Positions 53,381 through 63,188 of a DNA stretch of 64,000 nt are shown here, piece after piece. The notes beneath the pieces were generated by a model, which did not search any database, was not told the DNA's origin, and was given only the letters and a program-made list of their open reading frames with translations. Every line of letters begins with the position of its first letter. Within the stretch, counting starts at the first letter, position 1. The DNA comes from an uncultured delta proteobacterium (GTDB lineage: Bacteria > Desulfobacterota > Binatia > UBA9968): the NCBI GenBank assembly GCA_963847445.1, contig CAWJZV010000042.1, positions 96,001 through 160,000 of the forward strand. Direction: 5' to 3'. A program made the translations under genes and the position numbers.

Positions 53381-53836
53381 TCACGAGTTCTCCGCGCCGC
53401 GAATCAATCGCGCGACATCGTACTCCATGATCGTTTCGCCGTGCTGATTCTTGACCCACTGGCGGTAGCGGACGATGCCGCCGCCGCGCGCCGGGACGGG
53501 CTTGGTATCCAACACTTCGATTTCCACTTGGATGGTATCGTTGACTTTGACCGGGCTGAACAGGCGCATTTTGTCGAGTCCGGCGAAGGCCATGCCGGTG
53601 CCGTGAATTAGACCTGTCTGCACGGTCAGCCCCTCGGCCATGCCGAAGGTGAGACTGCCCGGCGCGATGCGCTCGCCGTAGAGACTTTCCTTGCGAATGT
53701 ATTCCATGTCCAAAAACAGCGGCTCGGTGAGGCCGACCAAGTTCACAAAGGTCAGGATGTCGTGCTCGGTAATCGTCCGCCGGCCGGTGCTGTAGCGCTC
53801 GCCGGCATGGAACTCTTCGAAAGTCTTACCAATCAT
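53381..53836 (-). CDS. MaoC-family dehydratase
   Basis: RTITEHDILTF, RIAPG, PVKVNDTI. Confidence 0.85.
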   Translation of the reverse strand: MIGKTFEEFHAGERYSTGRRTITEHDILTFVNLVGLTEPLFLDMEYIRKESLYGERIAPGSLTFGMAEGLTVQTGLIHGTGMAFAGLDKMRLFSPVKVNDTIQVEIEVLDTKPVPARGGGIVRYRQWVKNQHGETIMEYDVARLIRGAENS

Positions 53837-55035
53837 AGGACGCTCTTTCTTTTTAATCGTTCGATCTCTTCGATACTCATTCCGAGCCAGGATGACAAGA
53901 CATCTGCGCAATGCTCGCCCAGTAGCGGCGGCGGCAGCCGCACCGATGCCGGGGTGGCGGAAAACTTTACCGGAATGCCGGCGAGTTTCACCTTGCCGGC
54001 GGTGGGATGGTCGACTTCGACGAGCATATTGCGGTGCAGCACTTGCGGCGCGGCAAAAACTTGATCGATGGTTTGCACCGGCGCGCAGGGGACGTCGGCG
54101 GCGGTGAGCGCGGCGACCCAGTCGTTTGTCGTGCGGGTCAGAAAAATGGTTGAGAGCCTGGCGATCAACTCTTTGCGATTCTCGACGCGGTCGGCGTTCT
54201 TAGCGAAGCGCGGATCGTCGGCGAGTTCGGCCCGTCCCAGCGCCGGGCAGAGGCGCTGCCAGATCGTTTCGCTGGCGGCGCCAAGCACCAAAAAACTGTC
54301 GGCGGTCTGAAAGCTTTGGTAGGGCACGATGGTCGGATGGGCGTTGCCCCAGCGGCCGGGAACTTGGCCACCGATGAGATAGTTGCTGCCGGCGTTGATC
54401 AGCGCGGCGACTTCAGCTTCCAAAAGTGAAGTGTCGAGCTTTTGGCCGACGCCGAGTTTTTCTCTGGCATAAAGCGCGGCGACGATCGACTTGCCGAGCA
54501 TCAAACCCGCGACCAGGTCGATGATCGCGACGCCGACCTTGAGCGGTCCGCTCTCGGCGCTGCCGGTGACACTCATCAAGCCGCCCCAGGCTTGGACGAT
54601 CAAATCATAGCCCGGTATGTCCGCCATCGGCCCATCGGCGCCGAAACCCGATAGCGAAGCGTAAACCAGCCGCGGATTTTTTTCGCGTAACAGTTTTTCG
54701 CCCAAGCCCAAACGCTCCATGGCGCCGGGACGAAAGTTTTCGATCAGCACGTCGGCGCGCTCGGCGAGCTGGCGGACAAGCGCGATGCCATCGGCCGACT
54801 TGAAGTCGACGGTGAGGCTTTTTTTGTTGCGATTGGTACAGAGAAAATAAGCGCTCTCGCCGCCGGCGAAGGGCGGCCCCCAGCCGCGGGTGTCGTCGCC
54901 GACGCCCGGCTGCTCGATTTTCACGACTTCGGCGCCGAGATCGCCCAAGAACATGGTGCAGTAGGGGCCGGCGAGGACGCGGGTGAGGTCTAGGACGCGG
55001 ATGCCGTGCAATGCGCCGTTATTCGCTTCGCTCAT
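53833..55035 (-). CDS. Family III CoA-transferase (CaiB/BaiF)
   Basis: VLDLTRVLAGP, DLGAEVVKIE, NRNKKS, ENFRPG, GYD, PPLLGEH. Confidence 0.92.
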   Translation of the reverse strand: MSEANNGALHGIRVLDLTRVLAGPYCTMFLGDLGAEVVKIEQPGVGDDTRGWGPPFAGGESAYFLCTNRNKKSLTVDFKSADGIALVRQLAERADVLIENFRPGAMERLGLGEKLLREKNPRLVYASLSGFGADGPMADIPGYDLIVQAWGGLMSVTGSAESGPLKVGVAIIDLVAGLMLGKSIVAALYAREKLGVGQKLDTSLLEAEVAALINAGSNYLIGGQVPGRWGNAHPTIVPYQSFQTADSFLVLGAASETIWQRLCPALGRAELADDPRFAKNADRVENRKELIARLSTIFLTRTTNDWVAALTAADVPCAPVQTIDQVFAAPQVLHRNMLVEVDHPTAGKVKLAGIPVKFSATPASVRLPPPLLGEHCADVLSSWLGMSIEEIERLKRKSVL

Positions 55036-55119
55036 AGGATTGGGACTCGTTCAAACGGTTCAACCGCTGTGCTGCCGTTCAAGCCGTTCAAGCAAAGGGC
55101 GACCGCGATCGCCCCTACG

Positions 55120-55494
55120 CTATTTGAATTCGATGCCTTTGGCTTTGAGAATGTCGTTCAACGTTTCGACGCCGAGCCAGAGGCCGGGCATGCCGCCGGG
55201 GATGGCCGCGACTTCGACGGCTTCCAGGACTTCGCGCGGCGCAGCGCCCAAGGTCAGCGCGCGTTCGCTGTGCAGTTTTACTCCGCGCGGGCGGTTGAGC
55301 GCGCAGCAGATGCCGACCATGATCAGCTCCTTGGTCTTGCGCGGCAGCGCGCCTTCGCGGCCGAAGGTGCCGTCGACGTATATGCCTTTGAGCTTCTCGA
55401 AATACTCCGGGTCCATTTGCGCGATCAAGTCGTAGGCCTTGTTCTGCGCGCCCAACGCGGTTTTTTCAAAAGCGTCTTTTGCATCTTGAGCCAT
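55120..55494 (-). CDS. Carboxymuconolactone decarboxylase family protein
   Basis: LPRKTKELI, HSERALTLGA, EVLEAV; AGGAGG RBS. Confidence 0.85.
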   Translation of the reverse strand: MAQDAKDAFEKTALGAQNKAYDLIAQMDPEYFEKLKGIYVDGTFGREGALPRKTKELIMVGICCALNRPRGVKLHSERALTLGAAPREVLEAVEVAAIPGGMPGLWLGVETLNDILKAKGIEFK

Positions 55495-55520
55495 GGTTGC
55501 CTCCTTATGAGTTCGCACCG

Positions 55521-55685
55521 TTAAGATTATTCTCTCGCAAAGGCGCAAAGACGCCAAGTTCGGAATCGTTGTCATTTCGACCAGAGGGAGAAATCTTTCT
55601 TAGATTCCTTGCCTTCGCTCGGGATGACGGGCACCGGCCCGTCACCTTTGCGCGCCTTGCGCCTTTGCGGGAGATATTCCGATTT
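55521..55685. repeat. Intergenic REP/MITE-like element; related copies at 15-80 and 22995-23055
   Basis: CGCAAAGGCGCAAAG / CTTGCGCCTTTGCG arms around a GACGGGC..GCCCGTC hairpin and a GATATTCCGA end. Confidence 0.7.
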
Positions 55686-55693
55686 CTCTAGCA

Positions 55694-57376
55694 TCAATCC
55701 TTCCGGGTGTTCTGGCTGATCACGACGTCGACCAGCGCTGGGCCGTTTTGATCCAAGGCGCGTTTGAGCGCTGCTTCGATGGCGTCGGGATGTTCGACGC
55801 GCTCGCCATGGATGCCGAAGGTTTCGGCGAGCCTGGCGAAGTTGATTTCCGGACCGGTGATCTCGGCGCCCATGTCGGCGGCGATGCGAATGCGCTCCTC
55901 TGAACCACGGAACTGATTTTTAACCGCCATATAGGCGCGATTGTTGAAGACGATGACGACCAGGGGAATGCGGTACCTGGCAAGCGTCCATAAACCCTGG
56001 AGGCCGAACATCGTGCTGCCGTCGCCCAAGCAGGCGACAACGCGCCGTTTCGGCGCGGCGAGCTTGGCGCCGATGGCGGCGCCCAAGCCCCAACCCAAGT
56101 AGCCGCCGGATGAGTTGGAAAAATAATCCCGTCCCGGCGAAAACTGAAAGTTGGACATCAAAAGATCTTTACTGGTGGGGCTCTCGTTGACGATCAAGGC
56201 ATCTTTCTCGACCAGCCGGTCCATGGTGCGGGCGACCCTCGCGGCGTTGATCGGCGTGGCGTCCCAACCTTTGCTGACACGGCTATCGATCTCGCCGGTG
56301 GCTTGATCCTTGGCTTTGCGTAGACATTCCAAACGCTCGGATTTCACTCCAGTTGCCGGCTCGACTTTCGCGTAGCATTCGATCAGCGACTTGAGTGCGC
56401 TCTTGGCGTCGGCGACGATGCCGATGTCGACGGGAAAAACCTTGCCGATCTCCCAGGGATCTTCTTCGATGTGAACGATCTTCGTCGACGGTTTGATTAC
56501 CGGTTCGGGGATATAGCGGTACTCGCGGATCAGGCGGCAACCGATGGCGATGATGACGTCGGGTTCGCCCCATACGGGAAGATCGAAAGAGGGTTGGCGC
56601 TCGGCGATTTGAAAACTCTGCGGGTGGGTGGTCGGAAAGGACAGAAATGAATAGCGCGGTTCCATCACCACCGGCGCGGCGACCAACTCGGCGAATTTGA
56701 TCAGTTCCTCGGTGGCGCGTGCCCTGGCGATGGCGCTGCCGGCGACGATCAACGGCCGCTTGGCGTGGGCGAGCATTTTGGCGGCATCGGCAAAGGCTTC
56801 GGGATCGCCCGCGATGCGCGGCGAGACGCGCGAACGCTCAGCGTCGGGATTCTCTACATTGATCGGTTCGCCCAGCAGGTTACTCGGTAGCGCGAGATAC
56901 ACGGGTCCGGTGGGCGCCGACGATGCGACTTTGAAGGCGCGGTTCAAATACTCTGGAATGCGGTCGGCGCGATGGACTTCGGCGCTCCACTTGGTGAATT
57001 GCTTGGTCATCTCGACCAAGTTCTTACCCTCGGTGTGTGAGTCGCGGCCGTCGATGCGGGTGTCGACATTCGTCGAGGTCACGATCACCGGCGAGCGATC
57101 GCGGTAGGCGTCGTAAAGGGCCCCCACCGAGTTCGCCGAACCCGGCAGTGTGCTCACTTGCGCCAGTTGCGGCCGACCGGTGACGCGGGCGTGACCGTCA
57201 GCCATGGAGACCACGCAGGTCTCGTGCATCGCCAGGATGAAGCGGATCTTTTCCTGATCGGCGATGGTGCCGATGAATTCCTGGCCGCTGGTGCCGGGCA
57301 GACCGAAGACATATTCGACGCCATGGGCGGCGGCGACTTCTAAATAAGCTTGCGAGGCGATTTTTTCTGCGGACAT
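55694..57376 (-). CDS. ThDP-dependent enzyme (benzoylformate decarboxylase-like)
   Basis: FGLPGT, MHE..MADG, GGYLGWG, GDGS..FNN. Confidence 0.88.
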   Translation of the reverse strand: MSAEKIASQAYLEVAAAHGVEYVFGLPGTSGQEFIGTIADQEKIRFILAMHETCVVSMADGHARVTGRPQLAQVSTLPGSANSVGALYDAYRDRSPVIVTSTNVDTRIDGRDSHTEGKNLVEMTKQFTKWSAEVHRADRIPEYLNRAFKVASSAPTGPVYLALPSNLLGEPINVENPDAERSRVSPRIAGDPEAFADAAKMLAHAKRPLIVAGSAIARARATEELIKFAELVAAPVVMEPRYSFLSFPTTHPQSFQIAERQPSFDLPVWGEPDVIIAIGCRLIREYRYIPEPVIKPSTKIVHIEEDPWEIGKVFPVDIGIVADAKSALKSLIECYAKVEPATGVKSERLECLRKAKDQATGEIDSRVSKGWDATPINAARVARTMDRLVEKDALIVNESPTSKDLLMSNFQFSPGRDYFSNSSGGYLGWGLGAAIGAKLAAPKRRVVACLGDGSTMFGLQGLWTLARYRIPLVVIVFNNRAYMAVKNQFRGSEERIRIAADMGAEITGPEINFARLAETFGIHGERVEHPDAIEAALKRALDQNGPALVDVVISQNTRKD

Positions 57377-57404
57377 TATTTTAGTCGCTCCTTTCAGTCG
57401 CTCC

Positions 57405-57502
57405 CGTTCAAAAGTTCAAGCGTTCAATCGTTCAACGTTCGGAATTCGGTCGTCGCAGCTTCTGTCCGAATCCTTGAACTGTTGAACCTTGAACCTTGAA
57501 CG
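57405..57502. repeat. GTTCAA short tandem repeat family; also near 5484-5536, 18510-18545, 28508-28553, 47616-47690, 55048-55092
   Basis: GTTCAA units spaced 7-9 nt apart, here with an inverted TTGAAC arm. Confidence 0.75.
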
Positions 57503-57512
57503 GCTATTTTCT

Positions 57513-58505
57513 TCATCGATACAAGCCGTCGATGAAACCGCTGTCGTCCAACTCTTTTAGCAGAGTTGCGTTAATAAAGCGCTCCGGTGCCGCTTTGGCG
57601 GCCTCGGGGCGTTCCTTGGCGGCGAGGTCGAGGAGCGCTTTGACGCCTTTTACCGACGGATAGGGTTTGCGTGGCACAATTTTCGCCGCGAAGTATTCCC
57701 AGGTGGCGCCGACCGCTTCCAGGTTGTCCGTGCGCATGTAGCGGGCGATGATCTTTTCGCTCTCGCGGCGCTGGGTCTTGAAATAGTGAATGCCTTCGAC
57801 GAAGGCGCGCATTAATCGAGTTGCGGATGGTTTGTTCTGCGTCAAGAACTTCTGGCTGCTCGCCATGCCGGTGATGAGGAACTCGCCGCCCAACTCGGAC
57901 ATGTCGAGCAAGACGTTCATGCCGTCTTTCTGGGCGATGGTGGTGATCGGCGGCAAGAGAATCGCCGCGTCGAGCTGGCCGGCTTTCATCGCTTCCAACC
58001 GGGTCGACTGTTCGCCCAACTGCAAGATCGTCACTTCGCGCGGGTCGATTTTGAGATGATTGAGCGCATAGCGCGCCGCGACATCGGGCGCGGCGCCGAA
58101 GCGGTTGACGCCGATGCGTTTGCCCTTGAGCTGGTTCGCTGACGTGATGCTTTTGACGGTGACTAACTGGAAAGCAAAGGTGTTGACGATACCAGCCGTC
58201 ATCACCAGATCCGAACCGGCAAGATTGCTGCTGACGATCGCCGGTCCGGCCATCGCCATCGCTTGCACTTCGTTAGCGATCATCGCCGCCGCCGCCGTCG
58301 GCCCGCCGGGAATGAAAACTAAATTCACGTCCAAGCCGTTTTTTCTAAACAGCCCGGCTTCTTTGGTGATCCAGATCGGCGCGTAAGCGCCGGCCTGGGC
58401 GCTGTAGCCGACGATCATTTTTTCTTGTTGGGCGCTGGCGGCGGAGATGAAGCAAGTAGAAGAAGTAACCAGGTCGATGCGCAGAGTCGAACGCCCGAGT
58501 GACAT
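57513..58505 (-). CDS. ABC SBP, NMT1/SsuA-like
   Basis: EAGLFRKNGLDV, QLKGKRIGV, LDDSGFIDGLY; start uncertain. Confidence 0.87.
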   Translation of the reverse strand: MSLGRSTLRIDLVTSSTCFISAASAQQEKMIVGYSAQAGAYAPIWITKEAGLFRKNGLDVNLVFIPGGPTAAAAMIANEVQAMAMAGPAIVSSNLAGSDLVMTAGIVNTFAFQLVTVKSITSANQLKGKRIGVNRFGAAPDVAARYALNHLKIDPREVTILQLGEQSTRLEAMKAGQLDAAILLPPITTIAQKDGMNVLLDMSELGGEFLITGMASSQKFLTQNKPSATRLMRAFVEGIHYFKTQRRESEKIIARYMRTDNLEAVGATWEYFAAKIVPRKPYPSVKGVKALLDLAAKERPEAAKAAPERFINATLLKELDDSGFIDGLYR

Positions 58506-58776
58506 CGTCGCAAGCAACTGCATAGCGTCATCCCGGCCAAGCGGAGCGCGAGCGGGGATCCAGGCGAGACCGGTTAACCCGGATTTCCGCCCTTTAGCCT
58601 TGCTCTGGACCGGCTTGCACGGGAATGACGATTCAGGGAGGGATGTTGTCTTCATTGCGACTTTGCTGATCGCATTCGAAAGTTCATGGTCATACGTACT
58701 TGACGAATTCTGCCGCATCTCAACTCGTCGATCGAAAATCGGCACGCGATTCTGCCCTCGGAGCAAAATCCAAAAT

Positions 58777-59790
58777 TCAGCGAATCACCTTGTCCGCCCT
58801 TACCAGCACATTCGGCGGAATCGTCAGGCCGATCTGCTTTGCGGCTTTCAGATTGACGATGAACTCAAACTTGTTCGGCTGCTCGACCGGCAGATCGGCG
58901 GGCTTGGCGCCTTTCAAAATCTTGTCGACATAAGTAGCGGCCCGCCGGACCAGGTCGTTGTAGTTGACGCTGTAGGTCGATAAGCCCACCGTCTTCTACA
59001 TATTCTTGTCATGTCGTACATGACCGGGAGCCGGTTCTTTACCGCGAGCTTCGGCAGTCTCTGTTCGGTGACCAGAGGCGATGCCGCCCGCCACCAGTCA
59101 CAAGGACTGCGTCAGCACGCCCCTTGCTCGCGGCTCGGAATGCGGTCTCAATATCCTTGAGATCTAGTACGTCTAGGTATTGAAGCTGTACCTTGAACGC
59201 CGCTGCGGCGAGTTCCGTCTCTTTTAACGATTTGGGCGTTGCCCGGGTCGGTTGAAGTACCCGAGGACAGCCACACGGGAGACCTTAGGAACGATCTCCT
59301 TCAGAAGCTCCAGTCGCTTTCCGCTTAGCTCCGGCGCAAGGGTCGACAATCCAGTGATGTTCCCGCCAGGCCGCGCCAGGCTGGCGACGAACCCACGAGC
59401 CAACAGGGTCGGCGATCAACTGCGCCATGACAATGGGAATGGTAGAAGTTGCTTCCTTGGCGGCACGGGTTGCTATCGGACCGGCGGTGACGATGACGTC
59501 TACTTTAAGACGCACTAGCTCGGCCACAAGCGCGGGAAAGCGATCGAGTTTTCCCTCAGCGGATCGCCACTCAATGACAATGTTTTTCCCCTCCACGTAT
59601 ACTCAAGCTCGCGCAGCCCCTGCCGGAAGGCCTCGGTGAGGGCGGAGACAGCGGAAGGGGGGCACCTTGTAGGTTTCCTATCAGGGGGATTTTCGTTGGC
59701 TGTGCCCCCACAACGCCGCAGAATGCAGAAGCGATAACGTAAGGGATAATCCCCACCCATTTTGGATTTGCAATTTTGGATTTTGGATTG
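58777..59790 (-). pseudogene. COG2984-type ABC SBP gene, heavily frameshifted
   Basis: AFRQGLREL, EGKNIVIEWR, VRLKVDVIV, TIPIVM, RRAATYVDKILKGAKPADLPVEQP, PNVLVRADKVIR*. Confidence 0.82.
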
Positions 59791-59880
59791 CCGGAATAAG
59801 AGAGACCAAACCGTATTCGAATTTTCTTGTGCAATTGTCTTGCTCCCTAATCCAAAATCTAAAATCAAAAATCCAAAATT
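59756..59880. repeat. Heptamer (TCCAAAA/TCTAAAA) inverted repeat
   Basis: TTTTGGATTTTGGATT..AATCCAAAATCTAAAATCAAAAATCCAAAAT; similar at 20631-20733. Confidence 0.75.
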
Positions 59881-59882
59881 CC

Positions 59883-60875
59883 TTACGGCCACACCGACTT
59901 GATGAATCCCGTTGCTTCCAGCTCATCCATGAAGCTGGAGTCCATGAATTCTTCGGCTTTGCGGCCTTTGGCTTTGGGGTTGTTCTCGGCGATCAGACTC
60001 AAAGAATTCTCGACGCCTTTGGGGTTGATCTTGGGAATTTTTTTAATATAGCGCGAGGCGAACAGGTCGTGGGTGGTCGCCAGCATGTCGCGGTCGGTGA
60101 CGCCGCCGTATTTTCTCAGCGCGCGGATGCCGAGCTCGCGGTCGGTCAAAAGTCGCTTGGTGCCTTCGATATAGGCTTTGAGAAAGCGCAGCACGGCGTC
60201 GCGGTTGGCGTTGGCGTAGCGGCGGCTCACGACCACGGTTGACGCCGGGCTTTCGAATCCCGACTCGGAGAAGTCGAGCAGAGTTTTCAAATTAAACTTT
60301 TCCGCGTGGACGGAAGTTGGAAACGACACCATGCCGCCGTCGACGGTTTTTTGCGCGATCGCGATGGCGATGTCGGGCATGCGGCCGATCTGCACTATCT
60401 TCACGTCTTTTTGCGGCTCCAAGCCCCAATTTTTCAGCGCCGGCCGCAGCAGCAAGTCGGTCAGCGAACCGAAGCCTGTGACCGCGAGGGTCTTGCCTCT
60501 GAGATCCTGCGGTTTGGCGATGCTCGGGCTGACCATCAGCTTCATGATTTGGTTGTCGATGGAGCTGGCGACTTGAATCAAGTCGGCGCCGCCAACCGAC
60601 GCTTGCAGATAAACCACCGATGACACCGTCGAGATGTCGAGCTGGCCGGAGACATGAACCTGCACCAGCTTCACGCCTTGGACGTAAACCATCTCGCTGT
60701 CGAAGCCGTATTTTTCCAACAGCCCGGCTTCTTTGGTGGCGAACAGCGGATAAAACGCCGCGCTCGGCGAGGGATAGCCGACGCGCAACTTTGATAGCGT
60801 GGCGCCGTCGGCAGCCAACGAAGTAAAAATTGAAAATGCAAAATTGAAAATTAGAAAAACTTTCCACGGTTTCAT
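59883..60875 (-). CDS. ABC SBP, NMT1/SsuA-like
   Basis: Signal peptide, EAGLLEKYG, DLRGKTLAV, DELEATGFI. Confidence 0.9.
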   Translation of the reverse strand: MKPWKVFLIFNFAFSIFTSLAADGATLSKLRVGYPSPSAAFYPLFATKEAGLLEKYGFDSEMVYVQGVKLVQVHVSGQLDISTVSSVVYLQASVGGADLIQVASSIDNQIMKLMVSPSIAKPQDLRGKTLAVTGFGSLTDLLLRPALKNWGLEPQKDVKIVQIGRMPDIAIAIAQKTVDGGMVSFPTSVHAEKFNLKTLLDFSESGFESPASTVVVSRRYANANRDAVLRFLKAYIEGTKRLLTDRELGIRALRKYGGVTDRDMLATTHDLFASRYIKKIPKINPKGVENSLSLIAENNPKAKGRKAEEFMDSSFMDELEATGFIKSVWP

Positions 60876-60942
60876 TGCTTAACCTCCGTCTCAATGGCCG
60901 GCAATGGAGCCGGTCAGACCCGTCGCCGACTGCGCTTAGCAG

Positions 60943-61773
60943 CTAACTAAATAGTTGCTGTGCGTTGGCGAACAAGAGTTTGTCCTTCACCGCTGGTTTG
61001 AAGTTCATCTTGTCAAAGCTCGCCAGGGCTTTTTCCAAATCGACGTAAGGGAAGTCGGTGCCGAAGAGCGCTTTGTCTTGCAGTCGGCCGCCGATGGCCC
61101 TTTGAAATAGTTCGGGAAGCTGTTCCGCGAGATATCCGGAGGTGTCGACGAAGAGATTCTTTTTGTGCGTCACCACGCCGATAAGCTCTTGCTCCCAGGG
61201 CCAGCCGGGATGGGCCGCGATGATTTTCATCTTGGGGAAATCGCGGGCGAGAGTGTCCAGGTAAATCGGCCGGCCATAATCGAGGGCAATGCCGCTGCCG
61301 CCATCGGTGTCGGCGCCCAGCACCGTGAAGCCGACATGGAACAATGCCGGCTTGCCGCTTGCCTGGATAATTTCCCAAATGTCGTAGAAGCGCTTGTCGT
61401 TGGGATAAAAGCCTTGATCGGGCGGATGAAATTTGAAGCCTTTGACCTTGGGATTTTTCACCAAGTCCTCGGCGTAGCGGGCGACGACGGTCAAATCAGC
61501 CGCGCTGGTGTCGAGGGCGGCGAGGATGCCGGGAAAGGTCTCGGGAAACTGACTGGCCAGATCGAGCACATGTTCGTTGCTGTTGCGCGCGCCTTCGTTG
61601 ACCGTCGACGGGTGCCAACCGATCAAGAGCGCTTGCACATCGTTCTTGGCATAGAGCGCGGCGAAGCCTTCAGGGGTCTGCGGGATGTCGTTCAGGTTTC
61701 TACGAAAATAGCCGCAGGCGTGATGGTCGAGGCCGCGGGTGCTTGGATGGACGTGAACGTCAAAGGCTTTCAT
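60943..61773 (-). CDS. Amidohydrolase_2 family protein
   Basis: DVHVH, KFHP, FHVG, AHPGWPW, FGTDFP. Confidence 0.9.
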   Translation of the reverse strand: MKAFDVHVHPSTRGLDHHACGYFRRNLNDIPQTPEGFAALYAKNDVQALLIGWHPSTVNEGARNSNEHVLDLASQFPETFPGILAALDTSAADLTVVARYAEDLVKNPKVKGFKFHPPDQGFYPNDKRFYDIWEIIQASGKPALFHVGFTVLGADTDGGSGIALDYGRPIYLDTLARDFPKMKIIAAHPGWPWEQELIGVVTHKKNLFVDTSGYLAEQLPELFQRAIGGRLQDKALFGTDFPYVDLEKALASFDKMNFKPAVKDKLLFANAQQLFS

Positions 61774-61791
61774 GAAAGCTCGCTCATTGAT

Positions 61792-62943
61792 CTAGATGCG
61801 TGGGTAAAAAGTCTTGTTGCCGCCGGTCGTCTCGGCGAGAATTGCTGGAATTGCCAATGGGTTCCGGCCGAGCATTCGATTGGTTTTCTCTAGCTCTTCT
61901 CGCAGCGCCGCCGCGCCGGTGGCATCGATCAGTTTCAATGGCGGCTGCGGCATCTTGATCCCCTCGGTGGCGATCAGATCGACGGTGGCGGAAGCTTCCC
62001 CCAGCTCGGCAACGCGGGCGGCGGCGACCAACATCGACGTCATGAGCGCGCGCTTGACGTTTTCGTCGTCGAGGGATTTACCCTGGGCGTCGGCCAAGTC
62101 ATAAATCTTCGGATTGGCTTTCTGATCGACGTAGAATCTCGGGTTGTCTTTGGCGAGCCGGTTGAGCAATTGCGATGAGCGCAGGAAGGTGTCGCCGCGC
62201 AGTTCCGCCATGATGCGCGTGACATCTTCGACGATGGCCGGCTTCCAACTGTCGAAGCTGATAAACGGCGGGAGCAGTTTTAACTCCTTCGCTGCTTGGT
62301 CAACCTGGTCGATGCGCGCGCCCTGTTCGAGTAGACGCACCGCCATCACCGCGTAAATCATCAGGATGCCGTTGGACACGAAGCCGGAGATATCTTGCAC
62401 CGGCACCGGATCGCGGCCGAGAGTTTTCACAAAAGATAGGATCGCTTCCCGGTTCGGCGCCGTCATGTCACCGGTGACAATTTCGACCATCTGGGTGTAG
62501 AGGACGGGATTGAAAAAGTGCGTCAAAGAAAACTTTTTGCTGTCGACGGTGCCCTCGTTCAATAGTGTCGCGCGGGTGACCGACGATGTGTTGGTCGTCA
62601 GCAGGCCGGCGAAACCGGCGTCGCCGAGAGACTTGTAGACCGCGAGTTTGACCTGGGTTTTTTCCGAAACCGCCTCGGTGACCAGGTTTGCTTGCGCCAG
62701 CGCGGCTACGCCGTCGGCAGGCACAAGCAGTGTTCGCAGATTGTCGATCTCGCCATCCGCAATGCGCTTGCGCTTTTGCAAGCGTTCGATGGTCTGCTCG
62801 CGCCGGTCGGCCAGCGAATCCATGGCCGCCTTGGAGGCGTCATAGGCCAGCGTGGGAAAGCCCTTCATGGCGTAGAGAAAGGCGATGTCGAAGCCCATGA
62901 CGCCGAGGCCGATGACACCGGTAGTCTTGATTTGAGTTTCCAT
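61792..62943 (-). CDS. 3-hydroxyacyl-CoA dehydrogenase family protein
   Basis: GLGVMG, EAVSE, TNTSS, HFFNP, GFVSN. Confidence 0.88.
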   Translation of the reverse strand: METQIKTTGVIGLGVMGFDIAFLYAMKGFPTLAYDASKAAMDSLADRREQTIERLQKRKRIADGEIDNLRTLLVPADGVAALAQANLVTEAVSEKTQVKLAVYKSLGDAGFAGLLTTNTSSVTRATLLNEGTVDSKKFSLTHFFNPVLYTQMVEIVTGDMTAPNREAILSFVKTLGRDPVPVQDISGFVSNGILMIYAVMAVRLLEQGARIDQVDQAAKELKLLPPFISFDSWKPAIVEDVTRIMAELRGDTFLRSSQLLNRLAKDNPRFYVDQKANPKIYDLADAQGKSLDDENVKRALMTSMLVAAARVAELGEASATVDLIATEGIKMPQPPLKLIDATGAAALREELEKTNRMLGRNPLAIPAILAETTGGNKTFYPRI

Positions 62944-63188
62944 GTGAACGTTGCTGGAGCGAGTTGGACTCGACCGGAAATATCATAGGCGTTGGGGCAA
63001 CACAATGTGCGATGAGTGGGCTGCGCGGTGGTCCGGCGAGATTTCTCGCTGCGCTCGAAATGACAGTTGCGTGGCAGTGAGCACCAATGCCGGTGACACA
63101 CCGTGGCTGAAATCTTGCCTTGACTTGGTTTGGTCCCTTCTCTAAGTTCAGCCTCGGCAGGCTGCGACGCGGCAATGACGGAGGTTCG

